Part shown: one piece after another, positions 47,844 through 57,819 of the stretch
Layout: every line of letters begins with the position of its first letter
How positions within the stretch are numbered: position 1 is the stretch's first letter
Assembly (NCBI GenBank): GCA_041192345.1
Contig: JBEEND010000004.1
Span: 1-61,549 of the forward strand
DNA length: 61,549 nt
Source of the DNA: Actinomycetota bacterium
GTDB taxonomy: Bacteria > Actinomycetota > Actinomycetes > S36-B12 > UBA5976
Direction of reading: 5' to 3'
Position numbers and translations under genes: made by a program
Notes under the pieces: model-generated
Seen by the model: only the letters and a program-made list of their open reading frames with translations
Told to the model about the DNA's origin: nothing
Databases searched by the model: none

Positions 47844-48800
47844 GTGAAAGCCGTAGTTTTGAGTGGTGTGGGAGCAACGCTTGAGTATTTGGACTACCCA
47901 GACCCGAATCCAAGTGGATCCGAAACCGTGATTGATGTGACGGCATGTGGCGTCTGCCATTCAGATTTACACGTGGTTGAAGGTATTTACCCAAGCCCGC
48001 TGCCAATGGTCATGGGACATGAGGTGGTCGGGGTTCATGTCGAACTAGGTCCGGTAATGGTTTACCCATGCTGGGGATGCCTGAAGGCTGATTGCTGGGC
48101 CTGCTCAAGTGGGCAGGAAATGATTTGCCCAAACGCGACCGAAGCGGGCCTTTTTCGCAACGGCGGCTATGCCGAGAAAATGCTAATCAAAAACAAGTCG
48201 TACCTAGTTCCACTTGGCGACTTGGATCCTCTATCTGCTGCACCACTAGCCTGCGGGGGGCTTACTGCTTATCGCGCAGTCAGTCATGTCTTGCCAAACT
48301 TAACTGAGAAAAGCCGCGTACTAGTTATTGGTGCTGGTGGACTTGGACAGTTTGGAATTCAATTCTTAAAAATTCAATCAGATGCCAAAGTGATTGCAGC
48401 TGATTTGTCGAGTGACAAACTTGAGCGCGCACTGGCTGTTGGCGCAGATGAAGTTGCCAGCCCGACAGAGCTAGATGGAACTTTTGATGCGATTATTGAC
48501 TTCGTTGGCGCCCAGAACACACTTGAATTAGCGGCCAAGCAAATTGCACGTCAAGGCACAGCTGTTTTAGTTGGAATTTTTGGTGGCAAGATCCCATTTG
48601 GCTTTGGTGCCGTGCCGCATGAAGCACGTTTCATGACAAGCATTTGGGGAACGCAAGGACAACTAGGTGAGTTATTGGCTCTAGCGAACAAATATGAATT
48701 GAAACATTCCGTTGAAGCAATACCCCTAGCTCGCGCTCAAGAAGCACACGAAAGACTTATTGCCGGCACAGTCGCTGGTCGGATTGCTTTAGTTCCTTAA
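47844..48800 (+). CDS. zinc-dependent alcohol dehydrogenase
   Basis: GVCHSDLH and GAGGLGQFG motifs. GTG start. Confidence 0.88.
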   Translation: MKAVVLSGVGATLEYLDYPDPNPSGSETVIDVTACGVCHSDLHVVEGIYPSPLPMVMGHEVVGVHVELGPVMVYPCWGCLKADCWACSSGQEMICPNATEAGLFRNGGYAEKMLIKNKSYLVPLGDLDPLSAAPLACGGLTAYRAVSHVLPNLTEKSRVLVIGAGGLGQFGIQFLKIQSDAKVIAADLSSDKLERALAVGADEVASPTELDGTFDAIIDFVGAQNTLELAAKQIARQGTAVLVGIFGGKIPFGFGAVPHEARFMTSIWGTQGQLGELLALANKYELKHSVEAIPLARAQEAHERLIAGTVAGRIALVP

Positions 48801-48820
48801 AGAAAATTTTGGAGATTCAA

Positions 48821-50065
48821 ATGACCATCACTGAAGCTATCAACATCGTTGATCCCGCAATTTACGAACAAGGGATTCCACATGAAACATTTAGTTGGAT
48901 GCGACACAATGCTCCCGTTTATCGGCACGAATATGCAGATGGCGATTTTTGGGCGGTAACTAGGTACAACGACATAATCCAAGTAACCAGGGACTGGGAA
49001 ACTTTTTCATCTGCAAAGAAAATGGTAAATCTTTGGGATCTGTCAGACGAAGCAATGCAGGCTAGACGTTCAATTATTGAAAGTGATCCACCTATCCATG
49101 CCCGATTGCGCAAACTTGCAATGCCACCATTCACTTTGCGCAAAGTAGCTGATTATGAGGCAGCAACTCGTAAGATTGCATCGACACTTCTGGATGCTGC
49201 GCTTGAAAACTCAAACGTAGATCTTGTTACTGCGATTTCATCTCCGCTGCCAATTCAAGTAATCGTAAACATTCTTGGCGTACCGAGTGAAGACACTGAC
49301 TACATGGTTGAGCTCAGTGATCACTTAGTTGAGGGAACAACAGGTGAGCCGCTGGTACCGGATGCTTATGGAAATAAAACTCCACTCGAACTTTTGCCAT
49401 TCAATAGCCCGGCAGCATTCGCACTCTTTGAATACGGACGCAAACTAGGCGATGAAAGACGAGCTAATCCGCATGAAGATGTCGTCAGTACTTTGGTGCA
49501 CTCACAAGTTGATGGTGAACATTTATCCGAAACGGAGTTCGCAAATTTTTTCCAAGTACTTGTTTTTGCTGGGAATGAAACTACGCGCACCGCGATTTCA
49601 AATGGTCTGCATGCATTTATGGATAATCCAGATCAGCTAGAAAAGTTTTACGACAACCCAGATTTACTTGAAAACGCAGTCGAAGAAATCATCCGGTATG
49701 CCACCCCAGTTCTACATTTTCGCCGCACGGCCACTAAGGACACCGAGATAGATGGCCACCCAATTGCGGCCGGGGACAAGGTTGTGATGTGGTACGCCTC
49801 ATCGAACTTTGATGAAGAATTTTTTGAAAACCCCTTAAAATTCGATGTTTCACGTCCGACACGCCCAAAACACTTGGCTTTTGGTGCCCAGGGCCCCCAT
49901 CACTGCATTGGAGCCTCATTAGCACGCCTGGAAATAAAGATTTTGTTGGAAGAAATGCGAAAAAGACGGATTTTTTTGGAAAGAACTGGAAATATCGTTA
50001 GGACCCGTTCGAATTTCGTGAATGGGGTGTTAAGTCTTCCAGCCCGCGTTAAGCAGGGTGGATAA
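48821..50065 (+). CDS. cytochrome P450
   Basis: ORF from 48809. GGAG lies 6 nt before ATG 48821. Heme loop FGAQGPHHCIGASLAR. Paralogous to the P450 at 40006. Confidence 0.92.
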   Translation: MTITEAINIVDPAIYEQGIPHETFSWMRHNAPVYRHEYADGDFWAVTRYNDIIQVTRDWETFSSAKKMVNLWDLSDEAMQARRSIIESDPPIHARLRKLAMPPFTLRKVADYEAATRKIASTLLDAALENSNVDLVTAISSPLPIQVIVNILGVPSEDTDYMVELSDHLVEGTTGEPLVPDAYGNKTPLELLPFNSPAAFALFEYGRKLGDERRANPHEDVVSTLVHSQVDGEHLSETEFANFFQVLVFAGNETTRTAISNGLHAFMDNPDQLEKFYDNPDLLENAVEEIIRYATPVLHFRRTATKDTEIDGHPIAAGDKVVMWYASSNFDEEFFENPLKFDVSRPTRPKHLAFGAQGPHHCIGASLARLEIKILLEEMRKRRIFLERTGNIVRTRSNFVNGVLSLPARVKQGG

Positions 50066-50131
50066 GCAAGACAAGTTGTTGGCATCGCGCAAACAATGCA
50101 AGACGCAATTGAAGGACTCTAGGAGGAGCTC

Positions 50132-51646
50132 ATGGCAACACATGATTCAGGTCATGTTTCAGAAAAGGAAGGTTTGCGTAAAGGCACCATCGGTGTTCTT
50201 GGCATTGTCTTCTTCGTTGTAGCTGCCGCTGCACCACTTGCCGGTATGACCGGCGCGGCACCAGTTGCAATTGTTCTCGGAAGTGGATCAGGAACCCCAG
50301 GTGCATATCTTCTGGTTGGTCTTGTCCTTCTACTGTTCAGTGTTGGCTATGCGGCAATGACACATCGCGTAACTAACGCTGGCGCATTCTTTGCCTACGT
50401 TGGTCGTGGCTTGGGAACTAATGCAGGCGTCGGTTCTGCCTTGGTTTCAATGGTTGCTTACCTAACCGTGCAATGGGCTATCTATGGCTTCTTCGGCGCA
50501 GTTATGGCTGGACAAATGTCTGCCCAATTCGGAATTGATTTAGCTTGGTACTCGTGGGCATTAATCGCTCTTGTAATTGCGACAGTGCTTTCACTACTTA
50601 GTGTTGACGTTGGCGCGAAGGTACTTGGCGTACTAATGATCGCTGAAATGGCTTCGTTAGTTATCACCTCACTTGCCGTTCTTGTTGATGGTGGCCCAGA
50701 AGGCTGGAACTTAGCTGCCTCATTCTCACCAGGCAATATTTTCGCAGGTGGTTTGGTAGGTACTGCTGGTATCGCATTCGCATTCGCATTCGCATCCTTC
50801 ATCGGCTTCGAAGCAACTGCAATTTATGGTGAAGAATCAAAAGATCCAAAGCGAACTGTCCCTCGGGCAACTTACCTCGCAGTAGGACTCATTACTGCGG
50901 TATTTGTGTTGGTGACCTTTGCAATGATTACCGCCATGGGTGCATCAGAAGCAGTTAACAAGACAGTTGAATGGTCATCCGTTGATGGTGTGCCATTGGC
51001 AAACCCAGCAAACGTCTTGATCACAGTTGCTAACACTTATGTTGGTTCTTGGCTAGGAACTCTAATGGGATGGTTAATTCTTTCCAGTCTGTTTGCAGCC
51101 ACTGTGGCATTCCAGAACTCAGCAAGTCGTTACCTCTATGCGATGGGTCGCGGCGGAGTTCTACCTAAGTCAATGGCAAAAGTTAATGGTCGCGGCGCTC
51201 CACAGAATGCAGCGATTGTGACTTCTGTATTGGCAGTGCTTGTAATCCTTTACTTCCAAATCAATGCTCTTGATCCAATCTTGAATTTGTTCTATTGGAT
51301 GAGCGCAACATCGGTCATTGCCATTGTGTTGGTGGAAATCCTGGTCAGCATTGCAGTCATCGTGTTCTTTGCTAAGAACAAGCTTGACGAAGGCGTGTTC
51401 ACCCGAGTTATTGCACCAGTACTTGCAGCGCTAGGTTTGGCATTCGGTGAATACTTGCTGATGTCACGCTTTGCATTGCTTGCTGGCACTACGGCGCCAG
51501 ATGTTGACCCAACGGTTACCGCCTGGGCACAAAGCATGACGGGAACTGTGTTAATGGCAATCCCATTCATTGCCCTTGTTATTGGATACTTAATTGGTGT
51601 CGCACGCAAGGAAAATGAATCGGCCATTAAAGATCTCGTTAGTTAG
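50132..51646 (+). CDS. APC-superfamily amino-acid/amine permease
   Basis: 504 aa with about 12 TM segments. AGGAGG RBS. Confidence 0.85.
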   Translation: MATHDSGHVSEKEGLRKGTIGVLGIVFFVVAAAAPLAGMTGAAPVAIVLGSGSGTPGAYLLVGLVLLLFSVGYAAMTHRVTNAGAFFAYVGRGLGTNAGVGSALVSMVAYLTVQWAIYGFFGAVMAGQMSAQFGIDLAWYSWALIALVIATVLSLLSVDVGAKVLGVLMIAEMASLVITSLAVLVDGGPEGWNLAASFSPGNIFAGGLVGTAGIAFAFAFASFIGFEATAIYGEESKDPKRTVPRATYLAVGLITAVFVLVTFAMITAMGASEAVNKTVEWSSVDGVPLANPANVLITVANTYVGSWLGTLMGWLILSSLFAATVAFQNSASRYLYAMGRGGVLPKSMAKVNGRGAPQNAAIVTSVLAVLVILYFQINALDPILNLFYWMSATSVIAIVLVEILVSIAVIVFFAKNKLDEGVFTRVIAPVLAALGLAFGEYLLMSRFALLAGTTAPDVDPTVTAWAQSMTGTVLMAIPFIALVIGYLIGVARKENESAIKDLVS

Positions 51647-51657
51647 CTGACTATAAA

Positions 51658-51692
51658 TAAAGGGCTACCGGAAACGGTAGCCCTTTATTTTT
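51658..51692 (+). terminator. rho-independent terminator
   Basis: Stem aaagggctaccg / cggtagcccttt with GAAA tetraloop, followed by ATTTTTT. Confidence 0.85.
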
Positions 51693-51758
51693 TGCTCCGT
51701 AAAATAAACTTGCTCGCGCCTACTGTAATAAAGCCCAATTGCTTTATACCGTTATCGT

Positions 51759-52439
51759 GTGACAGGTGTAGTTCATCCAATTGGCCCCGAAGAACCGGTG
51801 GTTTATTGGCGACGCAGATTTCTGGTCGGATTAGCAGCAGTTTTGACATTATTTTTAATGACGCGAATGTTTTCTGGCGGCGACGATGGTAATCCAGCTG
51901 CTGCTGCAATTCCTGCCACCACCTCCTCAGCAACGCCTTTAGTCGTTGCATCGGCTGACCCAAGCACTTCTGGTTTGCCAATTGCTGTCAGCACCGTTCC
52001 TAGCACTCAAACCCTGCAGCCAACTGCGGAGCCCACAGTTCAAGTTGTTGCCGAAGGGGAATGCTCCGATGCGCAAATCTCAATGCAAGTTGAAATCGAT
52101 CGCACCACAACTGCCGTTGGTGAAGGCGTTCACATAAAAATGATTTTGAAAAATACTTCTGCGACAACATGTAAGCGGGACGTTGGCAGCGGCGCAAATG
52201 AAATAACAGTCATATCCGGGCCAGCTTTAATTTGGTCAACAGATCACTGCAATGCCAGCACCGAAAAAGATCTCAAAGAGTTCGCCCCAGGCCAAGAGTG
52301 GAGCGTAAACGTGGTCTGGATTGGAAAGCAGACTGCTAAAGGGTGCAAAGTGCGAAACATGGCGCAGTCAGGTGCATATTGGGCGCATGGCCGCAACGGC
52401 AGTTTAAATAGTGACGGCATGAAGTTTGAAGTTCGATAA
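51759..52439 (+). CDS. membrane-anchored protein with a Cys-containing C-terminal domain (DUF4232/Rv3587c-like)
   Basis: N-terminal TM helix, a Pro/Ala/Thr-rich linker, and a C-terminal domain with four Cys. Lies next to disA, as in mycobacteria. Confidence 0.5.
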   Translation: MTGVVHPIGPEEPVVYWRRRFLVGLAAVLTLFLMTRMFSGGDDGNPAAAAIPATTSSATPLVVASADPSTSGLPIAVSTVPSTQTLQPTAEPTVQVVAEGECSDAQISMQVEIDRTTTAVGEGVHIKMILKNTSATTCKRDVGSGANEITVISGPALIWSTDHCNASTEKDLKEFAPGQEWSVNVVWIGKQTAKGCKVRNMAQSGAYWAHGRNGSLNSDGMKFEVR

Positions 52440-52451
52440 CTTGGCAAGAAG

Positions 52452-53570
52452 TTAGACGTAGCGCTCTAATAAACTCGCTTCAGCAACTCTCGACAAATTC
52501 TCCCGAATAGCCCGGGCTCTAGTTTCGCCCACACCTTCAACGTCGCGCAATTCTTCAGCAGAAGCTGAGAGTAAATTTTGCAAACTACCGAAGTGGGCAA
52601 TTAAGTTTTCAAAAATTTGTTCTGGCAATCTAGGAACTCTGGCCAGCAGTCGGAAGCCGCGCGGATGAATTACGTTATCCAAGGATTCGGTGTCACTTGG
52701 TAAGCCAATAACTTCGGCAATCTTTGAGACATCCAATAATCCAGAGGCATCTAATTCTGAAAGGTTCGCCAGAATTGTCCCTGCTTTATTGGCCTTTCTG
52801 CCACCACTTGGTAAGTAGTCAGCAATTATGTAGCTCAAATCAGTGGCAGTACCTGAAACCAGTTCCTCCAGCTGCAGTGACAGCAATCGTCCATCAGAAC
52901 CAAGTTCAATAACGTGCGCCGCAATCTCACTTGAAATTCTTCGAACCATTTCATGACGTTGCACGACTGTTGAAACGTCACGGCAGGTAACTAAGTCTTC
53001 AATTTCCATAGTAGAAAGTGAACCAGTGACTTCGTCTAAGCGGGCTCGGTATCGCTCCAAAGTGGCTAGCGCCTGGTTAGCTTTGGAAAGTATGGTTGCT
53101 GAATCCTCCAACACATAACGCCGACCATCTAGGTACAGCGCAATGATGTTCATTGATTTACTTACGCTAATAACTGGCAAGTTTGATTGGCGCGAAACAC
53201 GATCCGCCGTGCGGTGCCGGGTACCTTGCTCATCAGTTGGAATTTTAGGATCTGGCAGCAGTTGCACAGCAGCTGAAATAATCTTTACCGCCTCACGGTC
53301 ACAAATAACGGCGCCATCCATTTTTGCTAACTCGCGAAGTCGAGTTGCAGAAAAATCTATGTTCACATCAAAACCACCGCTGCTTATTGCGCTAATGGTC
53401 TTGTCCTGGCCAAGGACGATTAATGCCCCGGTGCTGCCGCGCAGAATTCGCTCCAAGCCATCGCGTAGCGCAGTACCGGGCGCAACTTGAGCGAGAACAG
53501 AACGAAGAGTTTCAGCGGAATCAACTTGCTCTTTGATAACCACGACTGTTCTTTCTATCTGGAGTTGCAA
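52452..53570 (-). CDS. disA: DNA integrity scanning protein / diadenylate cyclase
   Basis: Contains APGTALRDGLERILRGSTGALIVLG and GTRHRTA, with a C-terminal HhH (VEGVGETRARAIRE). TTG start, exact start uncertain. Confidence 0.92.
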   Translation of the reverse strand: MQLQIERTVVVIKEQVDSAETLRSVLAQVAPGTALRDGLERILRGSTGALIVLGQDKTISAISSGGFDVNIDFSATRLRELAKMDGAVICDREAVKIISAAVQLLPDPKIPTDEQGTRHRTADRVSRQSNLPVISVSKSMNIIALYLDGRRYVLEDSATILSKANQALATLERYRARLDEVTGSLSTMEIEDLVTCRDVSTVVQRHEMVRRISSEIAAHVIELGSDGRLLSLQLEELVSGTATDLSYIIADYLPSGGRKANKAGTILANLSELDASGLLDVSKIAEVIGLPSDTESLDNVIHPRGFRLLARVPRLPEQIFENLIAHFGSLQNLLSASAEELRDVEGVGETRARAIRENLSRVAEASLLERYV

Positions 53571-53615
53571 TGAGTCTATGGTGAATTCGACAAAATTCTA
53601 GGTATTGAAAAGAAT

Positions 53616-54989
53616 TCAGACTGCGTTAACCGCATCGCCAAGTGAACTTACTTCTATGAGTCGGATGCCTTTTATGCCTGGTGGCAACTTGGCACCTTTC
53701 GGCACTAAAGCAGTCTTGAAACCGATACGGGCAGCTTCACTTAATCTTTGATTCATCCCAGGAACTGGCCTGACATCGCCGCTTAGTGCAACCTCGCCAA
53801 TTGCTACCAAGTCAATAGGTAAAGCGGTATCGCGGGCCGAGGAAGTTATTGCTAAGCACATGGCTAAATCCGCGCCAGGATCAGAAATCTTGGCGCCCGC
53901 AACTGTGGCTAAGTAAACGTCTTTATCCCAAAGCTTTAATCGAGCTGCCCGCTCTGTCACAGCAATCAACATTGCGGCTCGAGCATTATCAAAACCAGTT
54001 GTCCGGCGCATTGGGTTGTTTCCAGGGCTCGTTGTAGTTAGCGCCTGGACTTCAACTAATAGGGCGCGACGACCTTCAAGGGTTATGGCAATGCACGTGC
54101 CAGGGATTGCCTGGTCGCGTTGCGAGCGAAATAACGCAGAAGGATCAGTGACTTGACGCAAGCCATCATCAGCTTGTTCAAAGCAAGCAACTTCATCCGC
54201 TGGCCCATAACGATTTTTATTTGCTCGCAATAAACGTAGCGGCGTTCCTCGGTCACCTTCAAATGTCAGCACGGTATCTACCAGGTGCTCTAAGGAGCGT
54301 GGTCCAGCAACCGAGTTATCTCTGGTGGATTGACCAATGAGTAGCAGTGGCATGCGGCGGCCTTTGGCGGCGCGCGTCAAAACTTGCGTCACTTCGTGCA
54401 CCTGGGCAACGCCACCTGCTCGACCATCAAGTTCTGCCGAGGCGATGGTCTGGACGCTATCAACAATTAACAAATCTGGGTCAACATCTTCGACATGACC
54501 AAGTAGCACTGCTAAATCAGTTTCATCTGCGATCAATAGTGTGTCGGCATTAACACCAATGCGTCTGGCTCTAATACCAATTTGCTCAGCCGATTCTTCG
54601 CCGGATATGTAAAGTACTTTTCGAGGCTTGGCACCTGCGCGCGCAAACTTATCTGCAGCTTCGAGTAACAAGGTAGATTTTCCGACGCCAGGCTCACCCG
54701 CAAGTAGTACGCATTGACCAGCCACGAGTCCACCACCTAAAACTCGATCGAATTCTTCGATACCCGTGGAGGTGCGTTCGACTTCGCCAAGTGGAATTTC
54801 TTTGACCGGTCGAGCTGGTTTTCCAGGGGCAACCCCAGTAGTTGAAGTGCGCAGTCCCGCACTGCTGGCGCCACCAGATGACTCTGTGACTGAACTCCAG
54901 GCTTGGCATTCCGGGCAACGCCCGACCCATTTGTGGCCCGTCCAGCCACACTCGGTGCATTTGTAAGTTGGACGTGCTGCTTTTGCCAT
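53616..54989 (-). CDS. radA: DNA repair protein RadA/Sms
   Basis: Zinc finger CTECGW...CPEC, Walker A GEPGVGKST, KNRYG motif and a Lon-like C-terminus. Confidence 0.95.
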   Translation of the reverse strand: MAKAARPTYKCTECGWTGHKWVGRCPECQAWSSVTESSGGASSAGLRTSTTGVAPGKPARPVKEIPLGEVERTSTGIEEFDRVLGGGLVAGQCVLLAGEPGVGKSTLLLEAADKFARAGAKPRKVLYISGEESAEQIGIRARRIGVNADTLLIADETDLAVLLGHVEDVDPDLLIVDSVQTIASAELDGRAGGVAQVHEVTQVLTRAAKGRRMPLLLIGQSTRDNSVAGPRSLEHLVDTVLTFEGDRGTPLRLLRANKNRYGPADEVACFEQADDGLRQVTDPSALFRSQRDQAIPGTCIAITLEGRRALLVEVQALTTTSPGNNPMRRTTGFDNARAAMLIAVTERAARLKLWDKDVYLATVAGAKISDPGADLAMCLAITSSARDTALPIDLVAIGEVALSGDVRPVPGMNQRLSEAARIGFKTALVPKGAKLPPGIKGIRLIEVSSLGDAVNAV

Positions 54990-55037
54990 GCCCTTACATT
55001 ACGGGTTACTGCCGACAGTTAAATAGGGCGAGTATGA

Positions 55038-55817
55038 CTATTTAGGAGTTGCTGGGTGGATCGCAAGGTACTTGATTGCTCGAGTGTTATTTGCGGCTTT
55101 TGCTGCGGCAATAACTTCTTCGCGGGCGCTGCAGTGCTCAGCTAAAATTTTGTAAGCCTTTTTACCCATAAGAGCAGTTAGTTCTGGTTCATAGGACTGG
55201 TAAACCGCGCGGGCGCCAACATGGGCTTCAGTGGCTGTGGTGCAGTACCAGTCAAGATCTTCCCCGCCTGGCCCCCAGCCACGCCGGGAATATTCCTCGA
55301 TACCGATAACGGTTATTTCCACATCATCAGGGCGCTTAACTTCCTCGAAAGTGCGACGAATTGGTAGCTCCCAGCAAACTTGTGGCTTTGTCACTAGAGG
55401 ATTTACACCAAGTTTTCCAGCCAAGATATGTAGCGAGCAACCATCGCCACCTTCAAATTCGTTTCGGTTGTGAAAAATGCATGCACCGTTAAAGGCTCGA
55501 GTTTTGCGATCGCCTTCGTCATCTTTTTCAAACATGCCGTTCTTGTGACCCTCTTTGTGGTTTTGCCAAATGTCAGGTGTCAGCATCGCTGCATATTTTT
55601 TAGTATTTTTAAAATCCTCTTTGTCAGCAATATGGGCACCTAACGTGCAACAACCAACATCAGGATTTTCCTTGTCGATACCTTTGCAACCATTTCCCCA
55701 AATACACATCCAACGACTTGTGAGCCAAGTTAGATCGCAACGATATAAATTTGTTTCATCCTCGGGATCAACAAACTCTACCCAAGCGCGAGGGAAATCA
55801 GGATTCTTTTCAACCAC
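55038..55817 (-). CDS. conserved cysteine-rich protein of unknown function
   Basis: 259 aa with a GTG start. About 10 Cys, including GNGCKG...VGCC and ACIFHNR...GCSLH. I do not recognise a named family. Confidence 0.4.
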   Translation of the reverse strand: MVEKNPDFPRAWVEFVDPEDETNLYRCDLTWLTSRWMCIWGNGCKGIDKENPDVGCCTLGAHIADKEDFKNTKKYAAMLTPDIWQNHKEGHKNGMFEKDDEGDRKTRAFNGACIFHNRNEFEGGDGCSLHILAGKLGVNPLVTKPQVCWELPIRRTFEEVKRPDDVEITVIGIEEYSRRGWGPGGEDLDWYCTTATEAHVGARAVYQSYEPELTALMGKKAYKILAEHCSAREEVIAAAKAANNTRAIKYLAIHPATPK

Positions 55818-55885
55818 GTGTGAATCTTATTACGCTTTGGTGTGCTTACGCACATTGCACTGGTCTCACCAGTAACATTTCGATT

Positions 55886-56818
55886 ATGCGCATGGCGGTG
55901 TTAGACGTTGGTTCAAACACTGTTCACCTATTAATTGTGGACGCGTATGCTGGCGCAGCTCCCATCCCAGCGCTGTCCCAAAAGTATGAGCTTAGGTTGG
56001 CGCAGCAACTGCAAGATGAAGGCGGCTTAACCAAGTCATCAGTTAAATCCTTAATAGAAGTGCTGCACGAATGCAATGCCTTTATTAAGAATCACGATTG
56101 CGACGAGCTTCTTGCCTTCGCTACATCAGCCATTCGTGAATCAAGTAACTCTGATGCAATTCTGGCCAAAATTAAGTCAGAAACGGGTATCGAACTTCAG
56201 GTTCTAAGTGGCGAACATGAGGCTGCCCTGACGTTTCTAGCGGTTCGACGTTGGTTCGGCTGGTCATCAGGACACTTGTTAGTGGCGGACATTGGCGGCG
56301 GTTCATTTGAAGTGGCGTTTGGCGCTGATGAACATCCGGATCTTGCCATGTCAACTCCACTGGGCGCCGGGCGCTTAACACGAGACTTCATTACTTCGGA
56401 AATTCCAAGTAGCGATGAAATTAAAGCGTTACGTAAACATATAAAAAGAACTTTAGAAGAGAATTTTTCAGAGCTTCAAGATGTCGCTTTTGATCACGCC
56501 GTTGCAACCAGTAAAACCTTTCGCCAGCTAGCCCGAATTGGTGGCGCGGCAACTTCAAGTGAAGGCCAGTGGGTCCAGCGTGAACTAACGCTAAAGACTC
56601 TTGACACTTGGGTTCCGAACTTATGTGAGATGACTTTCGCCCAGCGTGCGCAACTTCCTGGGGTATCAACTGGGCGAGCAGAACAGTTGATTGCAGGCGC
56701 GATTGTTGCGCAAGAAGCCATGGGATTTCTGGGATTAACAATTCTGGAAATTTGTCCTTGGGCGCTTCGTGAAGGGCTGATTCTGCGCCGGTTGGACTGG
56801 TTCCCTGACGATGCGTGA
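55886..56818 (+). CDS. Ppx/GppA-family phosphatase (exopolyphosphatase-like)
   Basis: ORF from 55751. ATG 55886 or 55892 gives the canonical MAVLDVGSNTVHLLIV N-terminus. Confidence 0.88.
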   Translation: MRMAVLDVGSNTVHLLIVDAYAGAAPIPALSQKYELRLAQQLQDEGGLTKSSVKSLIEVLHECNAFIKNHDCDELLAFATSAIRESSNSDAILAKIKSETGIELQVLSGEHEAALTFLAVRRWFGWSSGHLLVADIGGGSFEVAFGADEHPDLAMSTPLGAGRLTRDFITSEIPSSDEIKALRKHIKRTLEENFSELQDVAFDHAVATSKTFRQLARIGGAATSSEGQWVQRELTLKTLDTWVPNLCEMTFAQRAQLPGVSTGRAEQLIAGAIVAQEAMGFLGLTILEICPWALREGLILRRLDWFPDDA

Positions 56819-56879
56819 CTAAGTAATGAGCGTAAAGTTAGGCTTAAGGTCGCTCAAGGTCGAATAAGTCAGGAGAAAC

Positions 56880-57809
56880 ATGCTTCGCGAATTGTTGGTT
56901 TCGGCATCTCGAAGTGAAAAGTTGGAACACCTGGTTTCAACCTCACCACTGAGCCGTGGCGTCGTGAATCGATTTGTTGCTGGCACGACTACCGCGGACG
57001 TTATTGCCACAGTGCAGGGTTTGCATGACGTTGGCTTGTTAGCATCCGTTGATCGACTTGGCGAGGACACCCTGGATCGCGCGGCAGCAGATACAACAGT
57101 TTCAGATTACAAAGATGTTTTAAGCGCGCTCTCGAGCGCTGGATTAACCGGCAGTTCTGAAGTTTCAGTTAAGTTATCCGCAGTGGGACAAGCCCTTGGT
57201 CCCGATGGCGAAGCCATAGCCCTGGAAAACGGGCTTTCTATTTGCGCTGCTGCGAAGGCGGCGGGCACGACCGTTACTTTTGATATGGAAGATCACACCA
57301 CGATTGATTCGACTCTTCGGATACTCGCGGCAATTCGAAAAGAGTTCCCAACAACTGGCGGCGTGCTACAGGCACAATTGCTTCGTACTGAAGATGACGT
57401 AGTTGCCTTGTCTTACCACGATTCCCGAATCCGGTTATGCAAAGGTGCCTACGCGGAAGCATCTGATGTTGCTTATGTGGAACGCGTTGAAATCGACAAA
57501 GCATATGTGCGCAGCATGCGAAACTTAATTGAGTCCAGTGCATATCCAATGTTGGCCACTCACGACCCACGATTAATTCAAATTGGCCAAGCTTTGGCAC
57601 TTAGTAGTGGGCGCGATAAATCCACATTTGAATTCCAGATGCTCCTTGGAGTGCGACCACAAGAACAACTTCGACTTGCTGAACTCGGCCACAAAGTGCG
57701 AATTTACGTGCCTTACGGCCAGCAGTGGTACCCATATTTGATGCGGAGAATGGCCGAAAAGCCGACAAACTTGGCGCTTTTCTTGCGTTCCTTAATTTCT
57801 AAAAGTTAA
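56880..57809 (+). CDS. proline dehydrogenase
   Basis: 309-aa monofunctional PutA-like TIM barrel. AGGAG RBS. Confidence 0.82.
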   Translation: MLRELLVSASRSEKLEHLVSTSPLSRGVVNRFVAGTTTADVIATVQGLHDVGLLASVDRLGEDTLDRAAADTTVSDYKDVLSALSSAGLTGSSEVSVKLSAVGQALGPDGEAIALENGLSICAAAKAAGTTVTFDMEDHTTIDSTLRILAAIRKEFPTTGGVLQAQLLRTEDDVVALSYHDSRIRLCKGAYAEASDVAYVERVEIDKAYVRSMRNLIESSAYPMLATHDPRLIQIGQALALSSGRDKSTFEFQMLLGVRPQEQLRLAELGHKVRIYVPYGQQWYPYLMRRMAEKPTNLALFLRSLISKS

Positions 57810-57819
57810 TCTTGCGATT

